Part shown: positions 24,943 through 37,552 of the stretch, one piece after another
Layout of the letters: every line of letters begins with the position of its first letter
How positions within the stretch are numbered: the first letter of the stretch is position 1
Assembly: GCF_964194025.1 (NCBI RefSeq)
Contig: NC_134478.1
Coordinates: 6,820,001 to 6,884,000 of the forward strand
Source of the DNA: Convolutriloba macropyga
Taxonomy: Eukaryota
DNA: 64,000 nt
Direction of reading: 5' to 3'
Program-made: the position numbers and the translations under genes
The notes under the pieces: generated by a model
The model's database searches: none
Told to the model about the DNA's origin: nothing
Seen by the model: only the letters and a program-made list of their open reading frames with translations

Positions 24943-27900
24943 GGTTCCGACCCCGCCCATCCACAATTTTGGCATAATTGTCTACCAAATGAGGAACAGA
25001 TAGAAAAACCCAAAAATTATTTTTTGCGAATCCCAAAAAAGACCAAGTCTTTTTCAAAAAATTCTGTATGAACGATAAGATAACCTCCAAAACAAATAAC
25101 TCAGTGGAGTAAAAATTGATGCATTAGATTGCTGTAATATGTCAATATTAAGAAAGCGAGTCAAAACGAACAGCAAAATCAAACAACATCAACAAACATT
25201 AATTACATCAAAAAATTTATGTCCCTCTTAAAAACTAAATTTAATAACAAAGTCAACATACCGTCAAATAAACCTGAAACTAAACAAAAATAACTTATAA
25301 ATCACCAGAAAACATATGCGACCAGTCCATAAAAAGGTTTGGTAACAATTATACAAGAAAGAAAAACAGAAAAGTAAAAAAAATTAACTTATTTTTTTGA
25401 AACAATTAACTTCAAAGTAATAAATACCATTAGGAATAAATTAATATTACCACAAATTTGCGATTACCACTGCTTCTATAGAAGGGCATTAGGACCTGAC
25501 CTTATTCATTTTTTAGAGCGGCTAAAAAGAACAACAAAGAACAAACAAAATTTCAATTGAAACTTGCCAAAAAACGCTGTCAAAACCGTCAAGCCAAATT
25601 TTGGCACTCAAAATATATTTGATTGCGCCTTCTTCAAACAGCTATAATGTAGTACGTGGCCATTCATTAGTAAGACTAGGTAACAAGTAGACAAAAAAGC
25701 GAAGTGCTAAAGTATGTAATACTTTAAATTTTTTTTTCGAAACAAAATTACATTCAATGTCATGAAAGGCATTAATTACAAAAGAGCTATTTAAATATCG
25801 TCGTTTTTTCATGAAAAGGAAACCCTCGAGACCTGTAATTATCAAGAATATTTCTTGCATCTACAAAAAGAACGTCAAATATGACAAAAATCAAATTAAT
25901 TTATTTTTTTTTGTGAAAAAGCTGTGTCGAAGCCAGTAAGGTCATAAAATCTTTAAAAAAAAAGATTTTGGGACACCAATCCCTTTTATTCCCTTGACAC
26001 CCATAATTTCTTCTTTGACCTGTAATCAACTAACGAGATTAGGTAACAAAAAGAAACAAAAAAAGAACAAAATTGCGAAGTTAAAAAAGTTTTTTTTTTT
26101 AATTTTGGAAAACGATGGATTTGAAAGTCATAAAAGCGATCAGCTATCTGCTAATATCAGAATATCGGTTTTTCTATTCTTCCATGAAAAGCCAATGAAA
26201 GCTATCACTATACAGGAAATTTCATACGACCGAAACGACAAAGTATAAATGACAGTTAAGACAAAATTAAAAAATTCAATTGATTTCTTCAAGAAAGAGG
26301 CGTCGAGGCCATTAAAACGATGATTTATATCTTTCAGGATTTTAATATGTTCAATTGTGCTTTAATTTGAATGCCAATAAGGTGACATGAGAACTGTAAA
26401 TAATTTGATAATGTGACAAAATTAGAAAACGTGAAAAACTGGCAAATATCAAAACAAACAAAAATCTAAAATCTTGTAGTATCAAAGCCAGAAAACAATA
26501 ATTTCAGGCTTAAAACTGCAACCGAGAATAAATGTTAACTCAGTAGAAAGAAGAAGCAGTCTTTTTTTGCTGACACTAAGCTGGAAGTTGAACAAATTAA
26601 GAAAATAGAGGAAAAGTTAATTAAGCCATTATTTATTGAAAAGTCAATTATTTTTAATAAAGAAACGACCATAAACTTTCAATTAAAAAACTAAATGCAT
26701 TAGCCTGGAGCTGTTTAGCAAGCGAATTGGTTGGACCTATCACTCCTGAGCTTTGATTTGATATGTTCTGTTCTTTATTATTTAAAAAAAAAGTCTTTTT
26801 TTTTTAAAAAAAGACCGACTGATTACAACCCGATTTTTTTTGGATTGTAACAGTCCAAGAATGGCCCAAAACTACCCCTGTTAATACTTATTGTCCGTTA
26901 AGAACAATTGATTTTTCGAATGTTGTAGATATAGATAATTTCTGAGTTGAAACTCAAAATAAATTTTGCATTTTTGATAATCAACGAGTAATCAAAGAGC
27001 GGCTAAAAAGAACAACAAAGAACAAACAAAATTTCAATTGAAACTTGCCAAAAAACGCTGTCAAAACCGTCAAGCCAAATTTTGGCACTCAAAATATATT
27101 TGATTGCGCCTTCTTCAAACAGCTATAATGTAGTACGTGGCCATTCATTAGTAAGACTAGGTAACAAGTAGACAAAAAAGCGAAGTGCTAAAGTATGTAA
27201 TACTTTAAATTTTTTTTTCGAAACAAAATTACATTCAATGTCATGAAAGGCATTAATTACAAAAGAGCTATTTAAATATCGTCGTTTTTTCATGAAAAGG
27301 AAACCCTCGAGACCTGTAATTATCAAGAATATTTCTTGCATCTACAAAAAGAACGTCAAATATGACAAAAATCAAATTAATTTATTTTTTTTTGTGAAAA
27401 AGCTGTGTCGAAGCCAGTAAGGTCATAAAATCTTTTAAAAAAAAGATTTTGGGACACCAATCCCTTTTATTCCCTTGACACCCATAATTTCTTCTTTGAC
27501 CTGTAATCAACTAACGAGATTAGGTAACAAAAAGAAACAAAAAAAGAACAAAATTGCGAAGTTAAAAAAGTTTTTTTTTTAATTTTGGAAAACGATGGGT
27601 TTGAAAGTCATAAAAGCGATCAGCTATCTGCTAATATCAGAATATCGGTTTTTCTATTCTTCCATGAAAAGCCAATGAAAGCTATCACTATACAGGAAAT
27701 TTCATACGACCGAAACGACAAAGTATAAATGACAGTTAAGACAAAATTAAAAAATTCAATTGATTTCTTCAAGAAAGAGGCGTCGAGGCCATTAAAACGA
27801 TGATTTATATCTTTCAGGATTTTAATATGTTCAATTGTGCTTTAATTTGAATGCCAATAAGGTGACATGAGAACTGTAAATAATTTGATAATGTGACAAA

Positions 27901-29054
27901 ATTAGAAAACGTGAAAAACTGGCAAATATCAAAACAAACAAAAATCTAAAATCTTGTAGTATCAAAGCCAGAAAACAATAATTTCAGGCTTAAAACTGCA
28001 ACCGAGAATAAATGTTAACTCAGTAGAAAGAAGAAGCAGTCTTTTTTTGCTGACACTAAGCTGGAAGTTGAACAAATTAAGAAAATAGAGGAAAAGTTAA
28101 TTAAGCCATTATTTATTGAAAAGTCAATTATTTTTAATAAAGAAACGACCATAAACTTTCAATTAAAAAACTAAATGCATTAGCCTGGAGCTGTTTAGCA
28201 AGCGAATTGGTTGGACCTATCACTCCTGAGCTTTGATTTGATATGTTCTGTTCTTTATTATTTAAAAAAAAAAGTCTTTTTTTTTTAAAAAAAGACCGAC
28301 TGATTACAACCCGATTTTTTTTGGATTGTAACAGTCCAAGAATGGCCCAAAACTACCCCTGTTAATACTTATTGTCCGTTAAGAACAATTGATTTTTCGA
28401 ATGTTGTAGATATAGATAATTTCTGAGTTGAAACTCAAAATAAATTTTGCATTTTTGATAATCAACGAGTAAAGTTAGCAAAAAACGGCAAAGTTTTAAC
28501 TACAAGGCACTCTCTGCGGACTCTGAAGTAGAAATAGCCCCCCTCTGAGTCTACAAAGATTGTATGAGTGTTGTTTGGGGGTGTACTGTAGGCAAATTTA
28601 ATCAAAGTGGACTAAAGTAGCTTATTTCGTGCTGTTGTTCATGAAAAAGGCTAAATTTTGAAATGTTTATCCAGATTTTTTGACCAAAAAATTAAATCAA
28701 AACAATCAAAAATGCTTGTTCGTCTTCAAAAATAAAATCAACGACACTATTCTTAAAAATTATAACAAATTTTAGCAAAATTGACGAAAATTTAGGCAAA
28801 AATTCCGGAAAATGTGAATAAAAACAACGTGAATTCACTCTTCTTTTCTCAGAAGTTTAAGCCTCGATAACTCCCTGTAGAAAACGAAAATTAAAAAAAT
28901 CTTTTTAATTCCATATTCTACGCTGGACGAGCTTTCTAATGATACCAGTCTCAACTCTCTACGATGAATATATCGAGCGGCGAAAATTCACGGAACAAAA
29001 AAAAAAAAACCCAGTTGAGTATATAGTTCCTCCCCCCTCAAGAGGGTCGGAACA
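24943..29054 (-). mobile_element. Non-autonomous DNA transposon, copy B (inverted relative to copy A), 4-bp ATAA target-site duplication
   Basis: Ends (G)GTTCCGACCCCG and GGGTCGGAACA, both flanked by ATAA; several hundred bp at the right end are the reverse complement of copy A's left end. Confidence 0.7.
25515..28471. repeat. Near-identical 1481-bp tandem duplication inside copy B
   Basis: Units start at 25515 and 26996; identical spurious ORFs at 25642 and 27123 are offset by 1481. Confidence 0.95.
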
Positions 29055-30162
29055 ATAAAATCTCGTACAAAACTCGATAAAATCTCGATTCTGAACATAA
29101 AAACAGTCAGTTCAATCTGTTCGAAATGGTATCACAAGGCATCAAAATCTTTGAGATAAAAACTGCAGTTATTGTTGTTAACGCTAATTCTGATTATCTG
29201 AAACCATTGGTTTCCATTAGCAATAATTTTAATTTGCTAAAATAGAAAACAAACGAACGATTTTAGTACACAAAGGATGGTGTTTACAACTTCGTTCATT
29301 TTCGATTTGAACTTAGTTAAATACCCAAAACTAATTTTAGCTACCTAGAAAATTGAATGAAAAACCAAAATCCCCGATTAAAAAAATGAGTACAGCTTAA
29401 AATTTCAAGCCATGGATTCAAGGAAAAATTTAAAAATTCAAGCCAATTAAAACTGATTATCCATTTCAGCAACCAAACTAATTGGTTGTTCTAGAAAAAC
29501 AATAGTAGAAGGAATACTGCCAATAAAAAACCACTATAAATTGCGGACATGGCTGAAACCATCTAAAGACAGAAAAATAGGCCAAAATTTGACTAAAACA
29601 GCGAATTAAAAAGAAACAAAACAACCCAAAATATTAGAAACAGAAAGCCAAAAGTCATGCAAAATATCTTTGCAATCACAATTTCAAGACTGACAAAACG
29701 GTCTGAAGATTTCTCAAAATAGCAAAATTACAAAAAAGCTAGAAAAAGCCTCTAAATGCCAATATTTTGCTTTTTTTGCCAAAATTTTATAAAACCACTA
29801 TGAAACGCACTAAGCATCATCACGGTATAGCACACAAAACACTTTGACCGGGAAAAGTTGAAATAAAAGCTCGCGGGAACAAAAAATGCCTCTCGCCTAC
29901 AGGCAATTTTATAACATTAAGTTTGCGCACTCAAAAAGCGGAACGAACAAAAAACCACCTCTTTACATTCCTCTAACACAATGCCCATTGTTTCATAAAA
30001 GCAGTTATTGCAATTTTTCTCTTACTATCAGATTCGGGCTTCAAAAGTTCAATTATTACAAAGACAGTACAACATCCTCAAAATAAAACACCACGAGAAG
30101 ACTACAAATAGCTCGACTCAGCAATCGCATTTATTTCCAGGAAAAATGAATCTTTTTAAATA

Positions 30163-30370
30163 GCGTGTACAGTGTACAGTCATATTCAAGTCGATGCAAG
30201 TTAATTGCGACAATCGAAGAGTCGAGAAAGCAAACTGACGTCACATCAACTTTACTCAATTGCAATGGAGAGATGAGAACTAAAGGCTGATATGTGATGC
30301 TGTTAATCAGTTGAACAATTGCAACTGTTATTTAGGAGCCATGTGGTTATGACACAATTCGTATATCAGT
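30163..30370 (-). pseudogene. Diverged full-length copy D of the H/ACA-like RNA
   Basis: Retains H box ATATCA and terminal ACA but has many stem-breaking substitutions. Confidence 0.45.
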
Positions 30371-30406
30371 TAAATCAACATAGCCCTTTGGTCAAGATTG
30401 CAAATA

Positions 30407-30618
30407 TAGTGTTCAATTCACGGTCATATCCCAATCGACACAAGCTCAATGAGCCAATCGAAGAGACCGGAGAAAGCAAACTAACATCACATCAACTCAA
30501 CTCAATTCACAAGAACAGCGAAGAGGAGTGAAGATTGCTATCTGATGCTGTAAATCAGCTGAACAATGTCAACTGTATATTTACTAGGAATGTGGTAATG
30601 GCACGATTCCTACATCAT
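30407..30618 (-). ncRNA. Putative box H/ACA RNA, copy E
   Basis: H box ATAGCA; basal stem TTAGTTTGC/GTGAATTGA preserved by G-U pairs; ACA-CTA end; shares ~70 bp of flank with copy C. Confidence 0.55.
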
Positions 30619-30686
30619 ATTCAGGCGTCAAAAACATAAATAGCAGCCTAACCCTGTATTCTTTTTTTCACCTGCAACATGTGACC

Positions 30687-30798
30687 AATTCAGAAGAGAG
30701 AAGAGGAGTGAAAATGATATCTGGTGCTGTAAATCAGCCGATAAATGCAAGCTGCTTATTTACCGTGAATGCGGTAATGACACAACTCCCACATCAGG
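30687..30798 (-). pseudogene. 5'-half copy F of the H/ACA-like RNA
   Basis: CTGATGTGGG..GCACCAG-ATATCA present; 3' hairpin missing. Confidence 0.45.
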
Positions 30799-31146
30799 TA
30801 CTCAATTTCTTATATTCATTTCCACAATAAAATTTCAGTCAACGTGATCACACTCTGCAATCACTTAAATTTTGAGGCTGAGTAGTTAGAAGATTAATCA
30901 GATAAATTTTCTAGTTGTCAAGTAATACTCGGATTTTAAAAATTCTGAAAAATAATGAATTCTATTTCTTTTATACATATTTACAACAATTGGAACCATT
31001 CTATATTACACAGATAGACTTTGATCAACTCAAAACCGTCAACACGGCTCTTTATACAATCGATCTTATCTACAAAATTAAACATCTAAAACGCATGATT
31101 CGATAGGCATTGTTATGAATTTTCATTTCACACTAGCACAAAATGA

Positions 31147-31505
31147 TCACTTATTCTTTCCGCTTTGAGATCCAGATTTCTTTCCTTTCTTTCCACCCTT
31201 TTTCTTCAGCGCCTTCTTGGCTTTATAAGCGCGCCAGAATCTCTGAATAGCAAGCGCAGCTTTAGTGGCAGTTCGCACATTCTTTTCCTCTTGCTCTTTC
31301 TTTTCCTTGCTCACACGCCTCTCTTCCATGATTGTGTCATACTCCTGCTGAAGTGTCGCAAACTTTTCTTCTAGAACGTTCAATTCCTGTTTTTCCTGCG
31401 TGTACTGCGCGTCAATTTCTTCAAATTCTTGCTGTTTTTCGCCCATGTGAGAGTCATATTGGACTATCCAATTTTCAACTTCTGTTTCAGTTTGGAACTT
31501 CTTGC
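31147..31505 (-). CDS. IQCD: Dynein regulatory complex protein 10 (IQCD), exon 4
   Basis: TTTCAG acceptor; KKFQTETEVENWIVQYDSHMGEKQ.., IQ motif AIQRFWRAYKAKK, and K/G-rich tail typical of DRC10. Confidence 0.9.
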
Positions 31506-32026
31506 CTGAAACATAATCAACGCTGCTTCCGATTGTAGTCTCATTGAAGAGTCCAACAAAGAATTAAAGATTTAATTGATTAAATTTATTTGATTTACAT
31601 TGAGTCATGAAAAACTAAACAGCTGAACAACCAGTAGGCTGTATTCTAACCCATCTTTAAGAAACAAAACTGAAGCAATTGATTCATTTTAGTCAGTAAT
31701 TACTAAAATAACAAACGGAGGCTGGGAAATTTCCATATCGGCGCGAAACAGCTCCACCGAATAATCCTAGAATTGGTTCACTTTCCATGGAAACATTTCC
31801 GGACAAAACAGATTCAATTGAACAATAACCACTTAACGCACAAAATAGCCTCTCAAAAACCCATCAAACAAACTGTGTTAAAAGCATCATGAGTGGACAC
31901 AAAAGTGATAAAAAACTAATGCAACTGCCAATTTTGTTCTAATCGAGGTGAAAATAAAACGTACCCTGGCGATCAGCGACATAAAATAAGCGCAGTTCAA
32001 AAGTAGGAAATCACGAGTTAATTAAA

Positions 32027-32526
32027 AACATAGCTGGCAGATTGCCAGAAAATAGCCGCAATAGATTCGTAGATCGGCAGTCTAAAAAACAGTAAAAAAG
32101 ACAGACCAAAAAAATTCTTCTTTTAATTGAAGGCTGATCTGTTATATTTTGATTAAAAATCTGTATGTTATTGCTGCCTCTATTAGCTGATCTCAAATAA
32201 CCTTCATTTAGAGTGATACACACCCATTTGACCTTATCTCTTTGAGTTAAAGTAAATAAAAGTCAATTTCAAAGTGAGGAAGTCATTTTTGAGAGTGAGG
32301 TAAGTCAAGTGTGACCAAAAATTTAATCACGCGCACGAACAAAAAAAACTCGCTCCACTAAGAGCGAAAAATGACGTCACACATGCAATTCAGTTGAAAT
32401 TGCATGAACGAATGAACAAAAAATGGCTGTGACGTCATATGGTCGTAACAAAAATCATGACGACGAAATAAAAAAAAACCAAGAGAAGGCCAATAATAGC
32501 CTCAGCTATCGCTGTGCGGCTATTAA
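32027..32526 (-). mobile_element. Helentron-type element, family H1
   Basis: Hairpin CTGGCAGATTGCCAG + AAAATAGCCGC at one end; AATAGCCTC..GCGGCTATTAA at the other. Confidence 0.6.
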
Positions 32527-33289
32527 CAAGAAAAAATTGTTGGTTTTGAATTCTATGGTTATACGAGGCACCTCCAACTTGCTAATTGCACATATTGGCG
32601 TGCTGTATTCCCAAATGGAATAGCAGACTCGATTACGCAATGAATGAATTGGGGTTATACCAATCATAACCACTTAACAGATCCAGCAACAGTGGGGGGA
32701 TCATTGGCTGCATGGAGCCCTTACGGCCTGAACGATGTGCAGTGGTGGGGATTGAGGGGCGGGCAGATATGGGGGCGTGGGTGGGGGTGTGGGATCAATT
32801 TTTAAGAGCCGCCCTTCAAACAAGTATAAGTCTCCAAAACAGTTTCTGTGAATCGCACACTTGGAGACTAGTGAGCTGACAGGCTCTATGATAACTGATT
32901 GTCCACTGAGCGCTACCTCTTTATCCCGTTTCACAGGACCAAATATCAAATGGGTTTGACGAAAAATCGCATGAAAAAGACCAACAGATAAATATAATTG
33001 GTACAAACTTCGTTTCAGAGCAACTAACAATGATTTCTTAGAAAGTAATAGTTAAGTCATTTAAGGTGAAAACATTTCTATTAAAAATCAGCGTTAAAAG
33101 GGTAATAGATGATGACATCACGCCACAAAACAACAGCTGAAGTGCGGCATCAACAAAGGAGTTGAGGAAAGAGAGACAGAGAGATAGTGTGGGAGAGATA
33201 AAACGTGAACGAGAAAGAAGGAAAGAAACCGAAATCGACAGAGAGAGAGCTAGGAATATTTTCCATAGCAGGATTCGAATATGCAAGTT

Positions 33290-34495
33290 CTAGTTTTCTA
33301 GCCTTGTAATTAAATCATACTAAAAAAACTGAAACGTAGAGAATCTAAAAGAAAAGTTTTCAGAATTCGCAATGAGAAAATGTGCAAATCTTTTTTTGTC
33401 TTAGGAGTTCTTTCATGTAACCCATGTGCAAGACTAAAGAAGTTTCGTTGGCCAGTAGCGATCATTAAACTCAGAAAAGGACAAAAATATTCAAAAATCT
33501 TTAAAAAAAATGGCAAATTTTAAAATCATGCTAAAAAATCGTAATTTTAATAAGTTCAGAACCACTTCATTGTCTCAAGAGACTATCCAGTATCCCTATT
33601 TGAAGCCTTAAAAACTTTCACTGGCTCATAAATATCCATAAACTCGGAACATGATAATAATTTTCAGAAAATTTGAAATTAAATTTTATCAAAAAATTGC
33701 TAAAATTTGAGATATTAAAAAGTTGAAAACTATTCCATGGCCTATAAAAAATATTAGTAACTGATTACCAAACCTCTAAGGAGGTTTTCCCGCCCCTGCG
33801 TCTTAAAACTTGAATGTCAAAAAATAGCAAAAACAATTGGAAAAAAATGCAAGTTCTGTCAAAAAATGCTAAAATTCGTGATGTTAAAATGTTGAAAACC
33901 ATTCCATTACCTCTAGAAACTATGTAGTAACCTCTTATAAAACCCTAGAGGAGGTTCCTTGACACCTAAGGCTAAAAACCAAAAATGACAAAAATTTACA
34001 AAACCTTGAAACAAATTGTGAATAGTATAAATTTGTGAACAAATTCAGTATAAATTTGCATTTTTGTTTGGATTACCAAAACATATAGCTCTTAAAATGG
34101 CCGTAAAAAGTACTTATGTCTTGCAAAAGACCTTTATCAATTTTAACCAGCATCAATTTTAGACTGATCCACGAAAAAAATTGAAAAATGACGAAAAAAC
34201 AAAAAATTGCAACATTTTGGGCTGAAAAACTCCTAAAAATGACATTTTAACCTTGAACTACGGCCTTCCCAATAACTTCACCACGCACTTAAAGGTCTAC
34301 TAAAATAATGGCCTCTAAGCTCACAAGGACTGTTAAGGGCCTCTAATGAAACTTAATGATTGCCTGGAGCTACCTGTTCATCCCATTTTTAAGAATGAAA
34401 AGTCAAATGGGTCAGACGAAAAATCGGTCATGCAGAACAATCGCATGAAGACCAACAGGACTAATATAATTGCTACAAACTTCGTTTTTTCAACT
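33290..34495. repeat. Long H2-family interior with ~180-bp sub-repeats, similar to 51830-53297
   Basis: Shared AAACTCAGAAAAGGACAAAA, CAGTATCCCTATTT and repeated AAAGTTGAAAACTATTCCAT units. Confidence 0.6.
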
Positions 34496-35551
34496 TTCAT
34501 CTCACCTGAAATTAAATAAGTAAATTGATGAAAACCGTCGAAAATAGTAACAAAATCAATCATTGTTTCAACATAATTTTTTTTGAAGACATCAGGAAAA
34601 ATATGTTATCCTATTTTTTCTTTAAAACCATATGAATTAGTTTTAAATACGATTAGGCTTTCTGGTCTTATTTTACTTCTGATTTTAGCTTGAATAAAAA
34701 CTAACTTTTACGCTTCTTCAAAAACTTTTCAACCCCAACGAAGGCACGCTGTTTTTGATTTATTGAAAAAGCTTATTAACGGGGACTATTTTGTCTCGGG
34801 CTCCTCGGGGTTTTTTAACCTTTTTTGTGTAATATTGCGGGACTGTTTTATCTGTCCACGAAAATATATGTTTATACGCCACCAAAGAAAACATAGCCGG
34901 CGTTAAATTATTGAATACCAATGCTTCAAATGAAAAACTGCACGAGAAAAAAGAAAAAGTGGTTTCTAACTCAAAGGAGAATCTTGCATGTGGTCTAAGA
35001 CACAAGAAGAGGCAGATAACTCCAAAAAAACGAAGTTTGAAAGCGGCAAGAAAAACTGATGGTTCTTTAAAATGTAGTGACCTGATGTAAAGTCCTCAAA
35101 ACCAACATTTAAACCCTCAAATTTACTCAAACAATCAGTCGCAAGCTCAACAAAATGTCAGCTTGAACTGAAAATACAAAAAGTGCAAAATTTGCAACAA
35201 AAAAGTGAAAAATTTGAAGACCGGTTTTACATATTATAGACAAACAGAGGAAAAAACCGCAAAACAATGTTTACAGTTTTTAAACAATGATATGAAATGA
35301 TTTCAATAAAACGTTATTAATGTTTTTGAAGCTAAAAAAATAAAACTCAATTTTGTGCCGCAAAAATTGACGTAATAAAAGTGGGCATTACCAGTTTGCA
35401 AGAGGGCATTACCAATTATTACTCAAAAAGACAGAAAGGAATTATGGCTTCACAAAAACCATATGAACTAAGAACAACGTCAACTGGAAAACTAAAAACA
35501 AAAAATCCTGCTAATTTTTAAAATTGCACAATTTAGGGCTCAACTTAGAAG

Positions 35552-36519
35552 ATAGCCCGCAAATTGCCGGAAAATAGCCGAAGTTGGTGCGCTTGATGCA
35601 CATCGGGATTGAACCAGAAAAAGAAAAAAAGAAGAGATAAAACGACCGAATTTTTTTCTGCTTTTTTAGTGTCAAAAAGTGTTCTAATTTGGCGTGCTGT
35701 TTCAGTTATATTCTAAAACTACACTTAATTCAGCTTCTAAACTGAAAGCCAATAAGCTTAATACCGATATCAGCTAGCAAATACGTTTGATTTTGCTCTC
35801 TTGACTTTGACCTTATTCACTAGATTGCGTAATTCGATGCATGAAAGAATTTAAAATCCATTCAGTTAAAACGGTGAATGAAGTAAGTCAGAAGTCAAAC
35901 GTGAAAATCGTGAATGATGTAAAACAAAAAACGTGACCAAAAGGTAAAGCGAATTAAAACATCAGGACAAGTCCTGACGTACAATTCAAAGAATTTTCAT
36001 TGACTAAACAAAAACTAGACCTAGAAGGGACTACGAGTGAATTGGGAAAATGATTTATCGAAGTCAAAATGCCGCATGTGGAAAAAACCACTAGCGAGTA
36101 AGAGAAATTTGATTCAAACAAGAAACTAGTCCTAGAATGAACTTTGAATGGATTGGGAAAACAATTTAGAAAAAAAATCTGATCCAAAAAAAAAACAGTA
36201 AAAATCAAAGTGAAATTGCCATACGTGAACAAAAAACCACAAGCAAGAAAGCGAATTTTTGTTCACACACCGTTTTTCACTCTACTTTAAACTTAGAGTG
36301 AATAAATTTCTTGCCGCAAAACCACTTGCTTTTTCGCCTCACTTCCTTTTTCGGCGTGACCAAAAACACTACTCCAATTTGACTTCAAATACCATGAAAA
36401 TGTGTGAACAAATCTTAAATCAAAAAAGACAGCGCCCCAATACAATTCAAATTCATTGAATTGTAAAAAAAGGACAGCGCCTAAATAATAGCCGTTGAGA
36501 GGCTGACGGTGGCTATTAA
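35552..36519 (-). mobile_element. Helentron-type element, family H1 (long copy)
   Basis: ATAGCCCGCAAATTGCCGGAAAATAGCCG at left; AATAGCCGTT..GGTGGCTATTAA at right. Confidence 0.6.
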
Positions 36520-36882
36520 TCAGCAACGTTGCAAAAATATTGATCTATTTCATCATTGAATGCCATGAGCTTCAAAAAATTGATACTGTCAAATCCAAAA
36601 TACCTAAAACAGGATAAAAATTGGGTATTTATATCAAAAGTAGTAAATTGTAGAATTAAATTGCAAATAAATCACTATAACTATTTTCACATGTCTGATT
36701 TTCTAAACGATTGCACAATTTTGGCAAGTAAGAAAATAAAAAAATTAGCTCCAAACTGGCGTACAAAAGACTAGATAGTACTGATAAAACTGAAAAACAT
36801 AAATGCTTTGATAGCTCTCGACACACTAACTCGACCAGAACACTTATTTTGAATATTTGCTTGATAAAAATTGAAAAATTAC

Positions 36883-37024
36883 TTCGTAGAGTCTGTTCAG
36901 ACTTGCGATGCTCGGCAGTGACATTTGAGAGCTGTTGTTTCAATTGATTTAACTCCAACTTCAGTTTGTCTTTCTTCGTCTCCGCATTCTTCTCGTCTGC
37001 TTGTTGCTGTTTTTCAGAGTCAAC
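36883..37024 (-). CDS. IQCD: IQCD/DRC10 exon 3
   Basis: TAATAG acceptor; VDSEKQQQADEKN..AEHRKSEQTLR; phase-1 GTAATT donor fits exon 4. Confidence 0.85.
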
Positions 37025-37156
37025 CTATTAACAACACATCGGAGATTAGTAAATCATCTTGGAATCAACTTTTTAAAACACAAGATTAAAAACTGGTAAC
37101 ATTTGTATAAATCCGTAACCGTTAATCGTTCTTGCTTATACATTAACACACCACAG

Positions 37157-37552
37157 AAACATAAACCGACAAATGTCGGAAGAATTGCTCTTGAACAACA
37201 GGCGAGGCAATTTAATTCAAGGTCTGTAGTCAATCAATTTTTCCTTATGGGTGCAAAAAGCCTTGCCCTCAACGGGATTCGAACCCATGACCTCCCGATC
37301 CATAGCCACCCGCACTAATAACTGTTGTCACTTAGTTTCCCAAACTGCAACGGACTATGTATTAGCAACAAGATTTAATTCGGAGAGAGCAATAGAGATC
37401 ACTCAAAAATGATGAACGAAAGCGTAAAAAAAGTCACTTGAGAAGTCAAAGACTGTTCTAGAAGAAAAGCGCAAAATTGTCGAGCGAAAAATTTGCATAA
37501 AAAAGACACACGTTTACAATAATTGCTAAGAACTTCGTTCAAGAGCAATTAA
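37157..37552 (-). mobile_element. Helentron-type element, family H2, carrying a degenerate tRNA-like segment
   Basis: Hairpin CCGAC-AAAT-GTCGG, sub-TIR AATTGCTCTTGAAC/GTTCAAGAGCAATT; B-box GGTTCGAATCC on the minus strand near 37275-37285. Confidence 0.65.

Noticed and set aside
20326-30798. The 205-nt repeat as plus-strand coding exons with an in-frame TGA (selenocysteine) or as a C/D snoRNA
   Set aside because: One copy has TAA and others have frameshifts; the C box is imperfect (TGATGT) and the D box is TTGA in one copy. H/ACA features are better conserved.
37255-37335. Functional tRNA gene
   Set aside because: D-arm and acceptor stem are degenerate, and it is embedded in a repeat.
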